Shown: one piece after another, positions 50,127-60,268 of the stretch | Layout: each line of letters opens with the position of its first letter | How positions within the stretch are numbered: position 1 is the first letter of the stretch | From: Methanotrichaceae archaeon | GTDB taxonomy: Archaea > Halobacteriota > Methanosarcinia > Methanotrichales > Methanotrichaceae | Direction: 5' to 3' | Length of the DNA: 64,000 nucleotides | Assembly (NCBI GenBank): GCA_963813075.1 | Contig: CAWEXU010000004.1 | Span: 192,001-256,000, forward strand | The notes under the pieces: generated by a model | Told to the model about the DNA's origin: nothing | Databases searched by the model: none | What the model saw: the letters and a program-made list of their open reading frames with translations, nothing else | Program-made: the position numbers and the translations under genes

Positions 50127-50452
50127 AGATCCTGTTCCCCAGCTAAATATTAAAAGGTGATTTTTATGTAGATATCACCTAGCGTCTATATGACTCCTCC
50201 ATGAACCTACTGATAACGAACTGAACCTTTTTCGGGATGATTCATGGGGTATGAAATAAAAAAATATAATATCATAACGATATCATGCGGCATGGTTTTC
50301 ATCGGCTGCAGTGATGCTCCTTGCCGGGATATAGATCCACTCCCTGGGATGATCCAGGAGATTTTTCGATATCTATCGACCTGGCGGCTGCATCGCGAAG
50401 GTTCATAAAAATTATATCAGTTTTAACGCTGTTATCTAATTGTGCGCGCCGG

Positions 50453-51073
50453 TCATTTTTCAGGCACTTCTATATGGAGGGTGTTCAGCATATCCCGGAT
50501 GACCTCCCAGGGGAAGGTGGATATGACCCGGCAGTCGGTCTTTCCTCGGTAGACCCCGTCCTCATATTCTCTGCCATCGGGAGAGTAGCTGGCTGCGACG
50601 ATGAGATCACCCTCCTCATACTGCCCCCCGCCCAGGTCCTGCCTCTCGAAGCGGAAGTTGCCCAGCACCCCCGGCTTTCCATCGATCAGAGGCTGATAGA
50701 TGACTGGCTCGTCCGCTCCTGCATTCACCAGTGCGTCCCAGACGATATACGCATTGGCGGTTTTATTGGCGAGCATCGGCACATCATATCGGGTGAGCAT
50801 GAGGAAGATGAAGTGATCACTGCTGTCCACAGTCAGGTTGTATCGGCTGAAATTGATACCCTGCAAGGTGGCTCCCTGGGTGGGAGCTTCAACCACCACG
50901 GTGTAGTCCTCAGTGGTATTCATATCAAATGAGACATTGTAGGGGCCCACCGGTCCGTATTCATGAGCCGCATAGGCAGAAGAAGCCAGCTGTAGCATCA
51001 GGAGAAGGGCGAGATAGAGCAGCTTTCGTCCCCCATGAATCTCTCGTGCCGCCATCATCATTAAGAAGCCCAA
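50453..51073 (-). CDS. Hypothetical secreted protein
   Basis: Signal peptide, GPYNVSFDM, IDGKPG, ISTFPWE...MLNTLHIE. The start codon is uncertain. Confidence 0.7.
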   Translation of the reverse strand: MGFLMMMAAREIHGGRKLLYLALLLMLQLASSAYAAHEYGPVGPYNVSFDMNTTEDYTVVVEAPTQGATLQGINFSRYNLTVDSSDHFIFLMLTRYDVPMLANKTANAYIVWDALVNAGADEPVIYQPLIDGKPGVLGNFRFERQDLGGGQYEEGDLIVAASYSPDGREYEDGVYRGKTDCRVISTFPWEVIRDMLNTLHIEVPEK

Positions 51074-51208
51074 TTCTCCAGGGACCCATTTTATCCTTTT
51101 GGTGGGGGACAGCAGCCTTTGGTGCCTGAACGCTTCATCATGCCAGTCATTGAATCGATCCTGAAAATACTGTAAGGCCGGGCCACACAGAAAAAAAGAT
51201 GGGGGCGA

Positions 51209-52787
51209 TCAACTGTATGCGGGCAGATCGAGCAGCCTGGGATCGATGAGCGCCCGGCCCACAGTGAAGTGGTACAGGTCCTGATACCCGAAGCCTGAGA
51301 GGCCGAGCATGCGGTGCACTGCATCATCGAAAAAGCAGCCTATGCCGCATCCCCTAAAGCCCGTCGCCTCGCTTGACAGGTACAGCGCCTGGCCGATCAT
51401 GCCGCATTCCCAGTAGAGCCGGGAGTAAAACCAGGGACCATACTCCTCAATAGGCTCTTTAAACGCGGATATCATGGCGGCAGCAAAGCATCCGTCCGAT
51501 GCGATATCCTGCCGGCAGGAGGACTCTTTCGCTGCCAGACGAGCGTCGCCCTGGGCGAGCTGGTAGAGCTCAAGGCCCGGTGGCATGCGCGATGGCCTCA
51601 CCCAGAGGAAGTCCGGGTCCATTGCCCCTTTTAGACTCTCTTTTGCCTTCCCGTCCCGCAGGAGGATGTACAGCCCCCGATCCATCTCCTCCACCCGGTG
51701 GACGAAGAGCACTGGATTGACCTGCGGCCTCCAGGGAAGGCCGGGCTTTGCCCGCTCGGGCAGGGTCGCCTTCAGTATGGCCTGAAAGCTATCCAGTGGC
51801 ATCGTGGCCCCTCCGTCCATGGCCTGCGCGCTGCGTCTCCGGCGAAGGAGGTGGCAGTATTCCCGGGATAGATCTATTGAGGCATCGAAATCTACTTCTC
51901 GAGAGTAGACTTTCCTGGTGTGAGGCTTTTTCGCCGCCTCGCTTGCCATATCGATCTCCTCCCAGGGAACGATGGCCTGGCTCAGGATATTGGGTCGAAG
52001 GGATAGGGGCTCGGTCTCAAGATCTCTGATGGAGTCCAGGCTCTCCAGTCTCGTGGGGAGTACCATCGCAGAATAAGGCAAGCATCAGGTCGGGGCGCTC
52101 TTTTCCCGCGAGGCCATCTATCAATTTATCCGGCCCATTCCATAGAATCCTGGCCAGCTCATCTGTGCCCATATCATCCTCTAAGGATAGGGTCCAGCCC
52201 AGGCATCGAGCCGATTCGCCTGTCGCGGCCAGAGCATGACCCAGATCAAGCATGCAGTAGCGAAAGGCCCTTGCCCCATACTTCCAGGACTCGCGCCAGT
52301 AGATTGAGGTGAAGACGAGCAAAAGGGTGCCCGAAGGGAGGTGAAGCGACTGCCAGCTCTCCTTTTTTATTCCGGCCAGATGCTCCAGGGAATGATCCTT
52401 CGGTTGGTAGTGATAAACGCCTGGGGAGAGGTCAAGTTCCCCGTCCCCTCCGGCTAAAAGATAGCACTCCGTGGGATGGAGGTTGCCGCTGGAGGGATTG
52501 ACCCTTAATGTCCATTCTGAGCCGGCGACGGCTTTCCTGCCGGAGAGGGCCAGGCTCTCGAAGAAGAAGCGGGAGAGGGTTTCTCTGTTCAGAGGGTACG
52601 GCCTGCCCGTGGCAGCAATCCCTTCGAACCCCAGGCGGTCGAGAGCTATCCGCCCCGACCCCTCATAGCTGCGGAAGGGATCGGGCTGATTTGCCCAGTC
52701 CATCCTCCCCGGACTGCGAGCCATTCGATTGGGCTGGTGCTTGGTCTCCTGATGATAAGCTATTATCCTTTCCAGTGCGCCGGACAT
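51209..52787 (-). CDS. SagB/ThcOx-like double nitroreductase-domain protein; +1 frame break near 52050
   Basis: YHQETKH..DWANQPDPFR, LRVNPSSGNLHPTE, WRESWKYG.RAFRYC, then RRRSAQ, WECGMIGQ.LYL, GIGCFFDD, YHFTVG. Confidence 0.85.
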
Positions 52788-52817
52788 AGAATTTTCCCCC
52801 CATATCCTAAGTCAAAT

Positions 52818-53636
52818 TCAGCCGTCCCGGGGATAAGACCCCAGGACCTTTACCATTCCCGCTTTGGCCCTGATTTTCTCCAGGGCGTCTAAAACCAGGC
52901 TGTTATCCTGATGCCCTTCCAGGTCGATATAGAAGTAATAGTCTCCCAGACCTTTCCGGCTGGGCCTGGACTCGATTCTTGTCAGGTTTATGCCCCGTTC
53001 GGCGAACTCCTGCAATATGGAGTAAAGAGCTCCCGGCCGGTCCCTGGCCAGGTAGATGATAAGCGAGGTCTTGTCCCTGCCCGTGGCCGGGGGGATCTGC
53101 CGTCCGGCCACGATGAATCGTGTGACGTTTTCTTTCACATCCTGCACATCCCTGGCCAGGACGCGCAGGCCGTACCTTTCTGCAGCCCCTGCATCGGCTA
53201 TTGCCGCCATCTCTCCAAACTCCTGGGCCAGGCGGGCGGCATGGCTGGTCGATCCCGTGGTCCTGATCTCCGCTCCGGGATAATGCTCTCTTAAGAACTG
53301 GCGGCACTGGGCCAGAGCCTGGGGATGGGAGAGGATGACCTTTATCTCACCCTCACCCCGGCCCACCAGGCAGTGCCTCACCGGAACTCGAACCTCCCCC
53401 ACGATCACCACATTCAGCTGCAGGAGGAGGTCGTTGACCACCGTGACCGCTCCTTCCAGGCTGTTTTCCAGGGGGACGATTCCATAGTCCAGGTGGCCCT
53501 CTTCCACCGCCTGCAGGACCCCGTCAAAGTCCTTGAAATAATTCAGGCTCACCGATGGCATGCCCTCCGACCAGATCAAAGCCGCCTTCTCCGAGTAGGT
53601 CCCCTCCGGGCCGAGAACTCCGATCCTCGTTTTCAA
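52818..53636 (-). CDS. pheA: Prephenate dehydratase
   Basis: LGPEGTYSE, VPLENSLEG, SHPQALAQC, NVTRF, INLTRIESRP. Confidence 0.96.
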   Translation of the reverse strand: MKTRIGVLGPEGTYSEKAALIWSEGMPSVSLNYFKDFDGVLQAVEEGHLDYGIVPLENSLEGAVTVVNDLLLQLNVVIVGEVRVPVRHCLVGRGEGEIKVILSHPQALAQCRQFLREHYPGAEIRTTGSTSHAARLAQEFGEMAAIADAGAAERYGLRVLARDVQDVKENVTRFIVAGRQIPPATGRDKTSLIIYLARDRPGALYSILQEFAERGINLTRIESRPSRKGLGDYYFYIDLEGHQDNSLVLDALEKIRAKAGMVKVLGSYPRDG

Positions 53637-54904
53637 GCACCCTCCGATCCCTTATCCTCCAGCTCTTGGATCAGCTCTGCCGCCCGGTCCACATTGATCC
53701 TCCGCTCTGCAGCCATGCGGGCGGCGACAAGCTCAATGAGGTCGCACTTCGCCCCCGCCTGAACAGCCACATTGCGGGCATGCAAAGACATATGTCCCCT
53801 TTGAATTCCCTCTGAGGCCAGAGCCCGGAGGGCGGCAAAGTTCTGGCAGAGTCCCACGGCAGCGATGATGCGGGAGAGATGGTCTGCGCTCTTCACCGCG
53901 AGGATCTTAACTGCGGTCCTGGCCACCGGATGGACCCGGGTCGCTCCTCCCACCAGCCCCACTGCCACAGGAAGCTCGATTGTCCCCACCAGGTCACCAT
54001 CCCTGTTCCTCTCGTACCTGGTCAAAGACATGTAGCGGCCAGTGTGTGAGGCATAGGAATGGGCTCCCGCCTCCACCGCACGGGTATCGTTTCCGGTGGC
54101 TAAAACCACCGCCGTCACCCCGTTCATGATCCCCTTGTTGTGGGTGGCTGCTCGATAGGGATCGACCACCGCCAGCTCTGCCGCCAGGATGATGCCGTCC
54201 ACCACCTCCGGCCCGCCGATATCCTCTGCCTTGAATACCGCTTTAGCCCTGGCTAAACGGAGGTCCGCCAGATTGGAGATGATTCTGAGATAGACCCTGC
54301 CCCCGGTTATCTGCTCTATCCTGGGAGCCAGAGCCTCGGCCATGGTGTTGACCGCATTCGCCCCCATGGCATCCCGGCAGTCGACTATCAGATGAGTGAC
54401 GACCATCGGCCCCAGCCGGGAATCGATGACATGAACCTCGATGTCCTTGACCCCACCACCGTACTTGACGAGCATTGGATCCAATTCATTGGCCATCGCC
54501 ATCAGCTCATCCTTATGGAGGAGGATGGCCTGTCGAGCGGCGAAAGGCTCATGGATTCCTGTGGCCTGGATCTGGGCGCGCATCACCGGCCCGGTGCTGG
54601 AGGTGAGAAAGCCTCCTCCTCCCCGAGCCATGCGGGCGCCGTTGCTCGCGGCAGCTATCACCGAGGGCTCCTCAGTGGCCATCGGTATGAGGACCTCCTG
54701 GCCATCGATTAGGAAGTTGGTAGCGACTCCCAGGGGCACCTGGAACATCCCGATTACATTCTCCACCATCTTCTCCGCCTGATCCAGGACCAGGCCTCTC
54801 TCAACCATAGAGATCTCCTCTGATCCGATTGCCGCCTGCTCTGCCACAGCCTTGAGCCTCTCATTGGGTGGAAGCTTGTAGAACCCTGATATTCTGGAAG
54901 TCAT
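53633..54904 (-). CDS. hmgA: HMG-CoA reductase, class II
   Basis: ENVIG, PMATEEPSVIAAAS, DAMGANAVNTMAE, DPYRAATHNKGIMNG, EGIQRGHMSLHA. Confidence 0.94.
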   Translation of the reverse strand: MTSRISGFYKLPPNERLKAVAEQAAIGSEEISMVERGLVLDQAEKMVENVIGMFQVPLGVATNFLIDGQEVLIPMATEEPSVIAAASNGARMARGGGGFLTSSTGPVMRAQIQATGIHEPFAARQAILLHKDELMAMANELDPMLVKYGGGVKDIEVHVIDSRLGPMVVTHLIVDCRDAMGANAVNTMAEALAPRIEQITGGRVYLRIISNLADLRLARAKAVFKAEDIGGPEVVDGIILAAELAVVDPYRAATHNKGIMNGVTAVVLATGNDTRAVEAGAHSYASHTGRYMSLTRYERNRDGDLVGTIELPVAVGLVGGATRVHPVARTAVKILAVKSADHLSRIIAAVGLCQNFAALRALASEGIQRGHMSLHARNVAVQAGAKCDLIELVAARMAAERRINVDRAAELIQELEDKGSEGA

Positions 54905-54970
54905 CGTTATCAGAGATATGAAAGCACTGGGAAGGGAAAAACTTTATTCCCATAGTTAAGATTGGATCTG

Positions 54971-56023
54971 ATGAGCGACATCAAATCATTGCTGGAAAAA
55001 TTGAGCAACGCACACGGCATATCCGGATGGGAAGGGTCGGTGCAGAAGATTGTAGAGGAAGAGATCTCTCCATACGTGGATGAGGTGAGGGTGGACAGGC
55101 TGGGCAACCTTATCGCCACTAAAAAAGGCGAGGCCCCCTCGATTATGATCGATGCCCATGCGGATGAGATCGGGCTTATGGTAAAGCAGATAGATGAGAA
55201 GGGATTCATCCGTTTCATTCGTATTGGCGGCTGGTTTGACCAGACCCTGCTCAACCAGAGGGTGATCATCCATACCAGCTCCGGCCCGGTGGTGGGAGTG
55301 ATTGGCTCAAAGCCTCCTCATGTGATGAAGGATGAGGACCGAAAGAAGGTGGTGGAGGCCAGGGATATGTTCATCGATGTCGGCTGCACCAACCAGGAAG
55401 AGGTCGAGGCGCTGGGTATCCTGCCTGGCACTCCCATATCCATAGATCGAGAGTTTGCCCCACTGCAGGGAGATATTGTTACCGGCAAGGCCTTCGACAA
55501 CCGCGCCGGCCTGGTCATGATGATCGAGGCCCTGAAGAGAACAAAATCAAAGTCCACCATCTATGCCGTGGCTGCGGTGCAGGAGGAGGTGGGATTGAAG
55601 GGAGCGAAGATAGCTGCTTTCGGCCTGGACCCGGATATCGCCATCGCTTCTGATGTGACCATACCCGGCGACCACCCGGGGATCGAGAAGAAGGACGCGC
55701 CGATAGAGATGGGAATGGGCCCGGTGCTGGTCTTGGCCGATGGCTCAGGAAGGGGATTGATTGCCCCACCCCAGGTGATCGAGTGGCTGGTGGGCACGGC
55801 CAAGGAGTTCAATATTCCAGTGCAGCTTGAGGCCTCGGACGGCGGGACGACAGATGCCACTGCCATCCACCTCACCCGATCCGGGATTCCTACCGGGGTG
55901 ATCAGCGTGGCCACCCGCTACATCCATTCCCCGGTAGAGGTGCTGAACTTAAAGGATATAGACCGGGCAGCAGAGCTGATGGCCAGAAGCCTGGAGACGG
56001 CATCCAGATACTTTAAAGAATGA
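54971..56023 (+). CDS. M42 family aminopeptidase (TET/FrvX)
   Basis: AHADEIG, GKAFDNRAG, QEEVGL.GA, GGTTDA, RYIHSPVE. Confidence 0.94.
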   Translation: MSDIKSLLEKLSNAHGISGWEGSVQKIVEEEISPYVDEVRVDRLGNLIATKKGEAPSIMIDAHADEIGLMVKQIDEKGFIRFIRIGGWFDQTLLNQRVIIHTSSGPVVGVIGSKPPHVMKDEDRKKVVEARDMFIDVGCTNQEEVEALGILPGTPISIDREFAPLQGDIVTGKAFDNRAGLVMMIEALKRTKSKSTIYAVAAVQEEVGLKGAKIAAFGLDPDIAIASDVTIPGDHPGIEKKDAPIEMGMGPVLVLADGSGRGLIAPPQVIEWLVGTAKEFNIPVQLEASDGGTTDATAIHLTRSGIPTGVISVATRYIHSPVEVLNLKDIDRAAELMARSLETASRYFKE

Positions 56024-56192
56024 GGTTCTGCCGCTGGAGTCGGCTCAACCTTTTTATCATTAATTTTTTTTTCAATTTTTAGGTTTAAAAGATAGCATTC
56101 TTTTATTAAAAAATATATCTTTCTTTGATCAAATTTCAGATAGAAAAAAGTTATCACCGGAGTGACCCGGTGGCCTTCCTAATGAAGGGTTT

Positions 56193-56303
56193 TTAGCTTG
56201 AGCCGATAAGGCTAATCACTAAGTAACCCAGGACTACACCCACCACGAATACTATGGCAAACGAGGTGTAGAGCAAGGGCATTCCCAATACGAGAGCTTC
56301 CAT
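56193..56303 (-). CDS. 36-aa single-TM small protein (absent from the ORF track)
   Basis: MEALVLGMPLLYTSFAIVFVVGVVLGYLVISLIGSS*, starting 5 nt after the USP stop. Confidence 0.6.
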   Translation of the reverse strand: MEALVLGMPLLYTSFAIVFVVGVVLGYLVISLIGSS

Positions 56304-56308
56304 TCAGA

Positions 56309-56740
56309 TCATCTCACTACCAGGACAGGAGTCGTGGCCCAGTAAAGAACCTTCTGTGCAACGCTTCCGATCAATAGCTTCGTGGCACCGGACTCACCGT
56401 GGCTTCCCACGACGATCAGGTCGGCCTTCTCTGCTCCAGCTGTATCTATGATTGCGGTTGCGGGTGCGCCGATTCTCACTACGCTGTCAACATTTATACC
56501 CATAGAGGAACCCATGGATTTGAGCTCATCTACCGCTTTCTCTCCTGCAGCCTTCAGCCTGGCCTCGACGTCCTTTCTCTCCGATCCAAGCTGGCGAACG
56601 GCGCTTGCAATAACAACTTCATTGACTACGTTGAGCGCTATGACCTGAGCACCTAGCGCCTTTGCGAGCTCCATGCCCTCCTTAGCGGCTGCTTTAGATT
56701 TTTCTGAGCCGTCTGTGGCGATCAAAATCCGCTTGTACAT
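56309..56740 (-). CDS. Universal stress protein
   Basis: MYKRILIATDGSE, DLIVVGSHG..LLIGSVAQKV..PVLVVR. Confidence 0.93.
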   Translation of the reverse strand: MYKRILIATDGSEKSKAAAKEGMELAKALGAQVIALNVVNEVVIASAVRQLGSERKDVEARLKAAGEKAVDELKSMGSSMGINVDSVVRIGAPATAIIDTAGAEKADLIVVGSHGESGATKLLIGSVAQKVLYWATTPVLVVR

Positions 56741-56786
56741 CCTATCCCACCTTTGCGCCGTTATCTCACTGACATCGTATAAATAG

Positions 56787-57176
56787 CTATCTTCCCGATT
56801 CCAGAATTCTAATAGCCAGCAGCGCCGCATTCTCCCCGTTGTCGATCCCCACACATGCTACGGGGACGCCAGGGGGCATTTGAACAATGGAGAGAAGCGC
56901 ATCCAGGCCACCCAGCTTCGCGCTAACCGGAACCCCTATCACTGGACGGCAGGTCCTGGAGGCGATGACCCCGGGCAGAGCGGCAGAAAGACCGGCTACA
57001 GCGATAAAGACGCGCGCTTCGCTTCCTGATAAATATTTTTCCAGCTCCAGGGGATCTCTATGGGCGGATAGCACCCTGTGCTCAGAGGAGAATCCCTGAT
57101 CCATTAGCTTTCTTTGGATCCTGTCCACAATCGGCTGATCCGAGGTGGACCCCGATATCACAGCAATATCAACCAT
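56787..57176 (-). CDS. purE: AIR carboxylase / N5-CAIR mutase
   Basis: [38 protein letters not shown]. Confidence 0.94.
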   Translation of the reverse strand: MVDIAVISGSTSDQPIVDRIQRKLMDQGFSSEHRVLSAHRDPLELEKYLSGSEARVFIAVAGLSAALPGVIASRTCRPVIGVPVSAKLGGLDALLSIVQMPPGVPVACVGIDNGENAALLAIRILESGR

Positions 57177-57220
57177 AGCTGCTCCCAATTCGTTGAATTT
57201 CACCCATAATCGATTTGGCT

Positions 57221-57529
57221 CTAGCTCTGATTCTCGCCCTGCAGCTCTTGCTGCTTTTGGGTGCTCATTCTGATCAATATCTCATAAATGTTTTTTATGG
57301 CACCAGCATCCAGATTTCTCTCTGTGGCCAGGTCCATCGCCCTCCTCAAGACCCTGTCCTCCTGATCTGGATCTCGGATCGGCCTTTTCTCTTTTCTCTT
57401 GACCTCGAAGATCTTTTTGGTGATTCCAATGCGCTTATCGATGAGTTCTATTATGCTTTTGTCGATCTCTTCGATTTCCATCCTGTAATCATTCAGATCG
57501 GTCAAATAACTCGCCCTCTGGATGCGCAT
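57221..57529 (-). CDS. Chorismate mutase (AroQ type)
   Basis: [19 protein letters not shown]......VK.....IRDPDQE. Confidence 0.88.
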   Translation of the reverse strand: MRIQRASYLTDLNDYRMEIEEIDKSIIELIDKRIGITKKIFEVKRKEKRPIRDPDQEDRVLRRAMDLATERNLDAGAIKNIYEILIRMSTQKQQELQGENQS

Positions 57530-58359
57530 CTGTTAATTGCTTTCGTTCTTATCACTCTTCCGCCCAACCCCTTCCAGGAATCTTCAAGCCCATCCATCTT
57601 ATCCTCATCGATCAATGCCGCATAAGAGGGGCCGGTTCCAGAGAGGCTGGCCCCTTTTGCCCCCTTCTCCAGGGCCAGTATCAGGGGCTCAGAGGAAAGG
57701 CCCAAAGCGGCACAATAGGCCAGGCCGTTCAGGGTCATGGCCCGGCCATAGTCGCCCTGCATGGCCAGGTTGAAGGCCAGATCCGCCATAGGGGCAATGA
57801 CCCGGGACCGGGAGATATCAGTGTCACGAGAGAAGATCCTCTCATCAGGAACCAGGAGCATAACACTGCAAGAGAACTCATCCCTGCGAAGGAGGGACAT
57901 TTCGCGATTGTCAGTCACCACCACTCCGCCGAGCATTGAGGCCAGAGCATCGTCCAGAGCGCCGGTTATAGTGACCCCCACCTCTCTTGCCGCCTCAACT
58001 CCGATTCTGGCCGCACTCACCAGATCCATATCCACGTCAAGTGCATCCAGAGTTGCCAGGACCACCGCATTGGCAGCGGCGCTGCTGCTCTTCAGGCCGC
58101 TAGCTACCGGAATCTGGCTGGCAGTCCTCACCAGGCCCCCGAATTCAAGGCCCAGATGCTCCAGCACCCTCTCCACACAGCGTTCAATCAAACGGGTGTC
58201 CATACCCGGTACATCCCCTCTGATGCCAGGAGATCCGTCCAGCTCCACCTCCGCCCGGGTTATGAGGTCTATGGCAAAGGCGGAACCCTTCCAGGTTGCC
58301 ACGGCATTGAGGATGGAGGCGGCACCATTTGACCATCCATATCCTTTATTTTTCATCAT
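57502..58359 (-). CDS. aroK: Archaeal shikimate kinase (GHMP family)
   Basis: ILNAVATWKGSA, IPVASGLKSSSAAANA, TITGALDDA, LSGTGPS. Confidence 0.94.
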   Translation of the reverse strand: MMKNKGYGWSNGAASILNAVATWKGSAFAIDLITRAEVELDGSPGIRGDVPGMDTRLIERCVERVLEHLGLEFGGLVRTASQIPVASGLKSSSAAANAVVLATLDALDVDMDLVSAARIGVEAAREVGVTITGALDDALASMLGGVVVTDNREMSLLRRDEFSCSVMLLVPDERIFSRDTDISRSRVIAPMADLAFNLAMQGDYGRAMTLNGLAYCAALGLSSEPLILALEKGAKGASLSGTGPSYAALIDEDKMDGLEDSWKGLGGRVIRTKAINRCASRGRVI

Positions 58360-58368
58360 AAGCCCCGA

Positions 58369-58418
58369 TATTCAGATGCTATTCAGACATGCTATTCAGA
58401 CCTGCTATTCAGCCCTGC
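58369..58418. repeat. Four imperfect 11-13-bp tandem repeats (TATTCAG..TGC)
   Basis: tattcagatgc tattcagacatgc tattcagacctgc tattcagccctgc. Confidence 0.85.
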
Positions 58419-58933
58419 TCTATCTCGAAGATCTTCCTGAGCTTTTCCAATTCCGTAACAAACTGCATCTCACCCTCCCTGGTGTACCTGGCAATTATCT
58501 TATCCAGATACTCCAGCTCGCTGATGGATGAGACGAATGCCGGCTGGTAGCACCCCAACTCCACCAGAGGCAGCACCAGAACACCTCCTTTGCTCGTCAT
58601 CTCTTCCAGCCCTTTTACCACCACCACGAAGTTGAAGCTCTTATATCCCAGGCCGCGGGCGATGTTCTTGGCGAAGCTGTTCATCTGCTGCACTCTCCTA
58701 GAGGAGAGATCCTTATAGGCGGCAGGCGAATCCTTGTACTCGATGAACATGATGGAGTCATCCGACCATAAAATTGCATCATACTCCACCACAGCGATCG
58801 ATCTTCTCATCGCCACCACATTGAAAAGGACTCCGCGACACCAGTTTATGTTGAGGTGAATTCTGAAGTCCGCCTCAGTCAGCGGAGTGTTCCTGGGCTT
58901 CAGAATGTAGGGGTCGCTTGACAGTTCGATCAT
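58409..58933 (-). CDS. Hypothetical protein with PD-(D/E)XK-like motif
   Basis: EYDAILWSDDSIMFIEYK, followed by a helix and FVVVV. GGAGG ribosome-binding site upstream. Confidence 0.65.
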   Translation of the reverse strand: MIELSSDPYILKPRNTPLTEADFRIHLNINWCRGVLFNVVAMRRSIAVVEYDAILWSDDSIMFIEYKDSPAAYKDLSSRRVQQMNSFAKNIARGLGYKSFNFVVVVKGLEEMTSKGGVLVLPLVELGCYQPAFVSSISELEYLDKIIARYTREGEMQFVTELEKLRKIFEIEQG

Positions 58934-59019
58934 ACTGGTTCCTCCACTCTTTTACTAAATGGACTTTTCCGCGGATAATGCCGCCTCACCATCCGGGCCG
59001 TCTGCCATGAGGGCGGCAC

Positions 59020-60180
59020 CTAACCCCGGAGAAGATTTATAACCAGGTCAGAGATGGTCCGGGGGCGAATCATTGCTACTTTTGCCCCGGCATAGACCGC
59101 TTTTTTCAAAAATGGTCCTTTGGAGACGAGCCCCTTCCCGGAAAGGCCAGCAATCAGCCGCTCTATCTCCTCATCCTTCATCTGGCCGAGGGTGAGAAGT
59201 GATGAGCGGCCCATGCGGTACTGCCAGTAAAACTCCCGGTTCCACTGCCGCACATAATCATATAGAGCGCTGCGTGATATGTCATCTTTTAAGACGGCCT
59301 GGGCGGCCACTGTGCCGCAGATGGTGCCGGCACGCATGCTATAAGCCAGGCCGCTCTGGCCGGCAGCCCCGCCGGTGACCATCAGGGAGTCGGCCACCAT
59401 CTCGCCCGGCATGACGCAAATGGGGTCGCCCCCTCTTCTCACAGACAATATCTTCAGCTGGTCGATGTTCCGGTATATAGAGGCCTTATGGGCCTTGAAG
59501 AGCCCTAAGAATCTATCGAAGAATGGCTGCACATTCTGGCCCTGGCCGCGCACGAAAACCCCAATTGTTGCCAGGTTGCCGCCGGCGGGCGAGAACGTGG
59601 CTTTCCAGCCCGGTGCCATGCTTCCAATCCAGTACTGGAAGAACATCTCATCTCCCAGGTAGGGATATTCGACATCAGCTTCCACTGCCCAGGCTATATC
59701 CTCCGGGTGGCGCATGGGCAAAAGGCCTGCTTTCTCCGAGAGGCGGGACTGGACCCCAGAGGCATCTATCACCACTCGCGCATGAATCTCCTCTCCAATC
59801 AGTCTCAATCTCATTCCGCCCTCATCTTTGCGGAGGCTCTGGACCTCACCGGAGAGAAGCGCCACTCCTGCCTTTTCTGCCAGGCGGAGGTAGTGGCTGT
59901 CGAAGGCCTCCCGGTCGATGAAGTAGCCTTTGGCAGGAACGGTGACCCCCCGGCCAGTGGGGCTGAGAATGCGCATGCCTTCCAGCTCTTTTTTGAGGAG
60001 GCAGTCCTTGATCTTGACGCCGGAGACGGAGGCCATTCCCTCGAAGAGGGTATTTGCATCATGATGCAGGCTGCCCAGATTCCTGTCCACCAGCATAACA
60101 TTCGCCCCTCCATAAGCAGCAGATGTCGCAGCCATCATACCGGCAGACGAGGCGCCCACCACCAGTACATCGCACTTCAC
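59020..60180 (-). CDS. Geranylgeranyl reductase family FAD oxidoreductase
   Basis: DVLVVGASSAG, IDREAFD..L, VIDASG, MAPGW....P. The second FAD motif is degenerate (VTGGAAGQ). Confidence 0.8.
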   Translation of the reverse strand: MKCDVLVVGASSAGMMAATSAAYGGANVMLVDRNLGSLHHDANTLFEGMASVSGVKIKDCLLKKELEGMRILSPTGRGVTVPAKGYFIDREAFDSHYLRLAEKAGVALLSGEVQSLRKDEGGMRLRLIGEEIHARVVIDASGVQSRLSEKAGLLPMRHPEDIAWAVEADVEYPYLGDEMFFQYWIGSMAPGWKATFSPAGGNLATIGVFVRGQGQNVQPFFDRFLGLFKAHKASIYRNIDQLKILSVRRGGDPICVMPGEMVADSLMVTGGAAGQSGLAYSMRAGTICGTVAAQAVLKDDISRSALYDYVRQWNREFYWQYRMGRSSLLTLGQMKDEEIERLIAGLSGKGLVSKGPFLKKAVYAGAKVAMIRPRTISDLVINLLRG

Positions 60181-60268
60181 AAAAAGAGGTTAAGCCTTCA
60201 GGTGAGATGAACCTTTCCCGATAGAAAATAGAAAGCGAAGCCAGAATGAAGATCTGGCTATAACTGAA

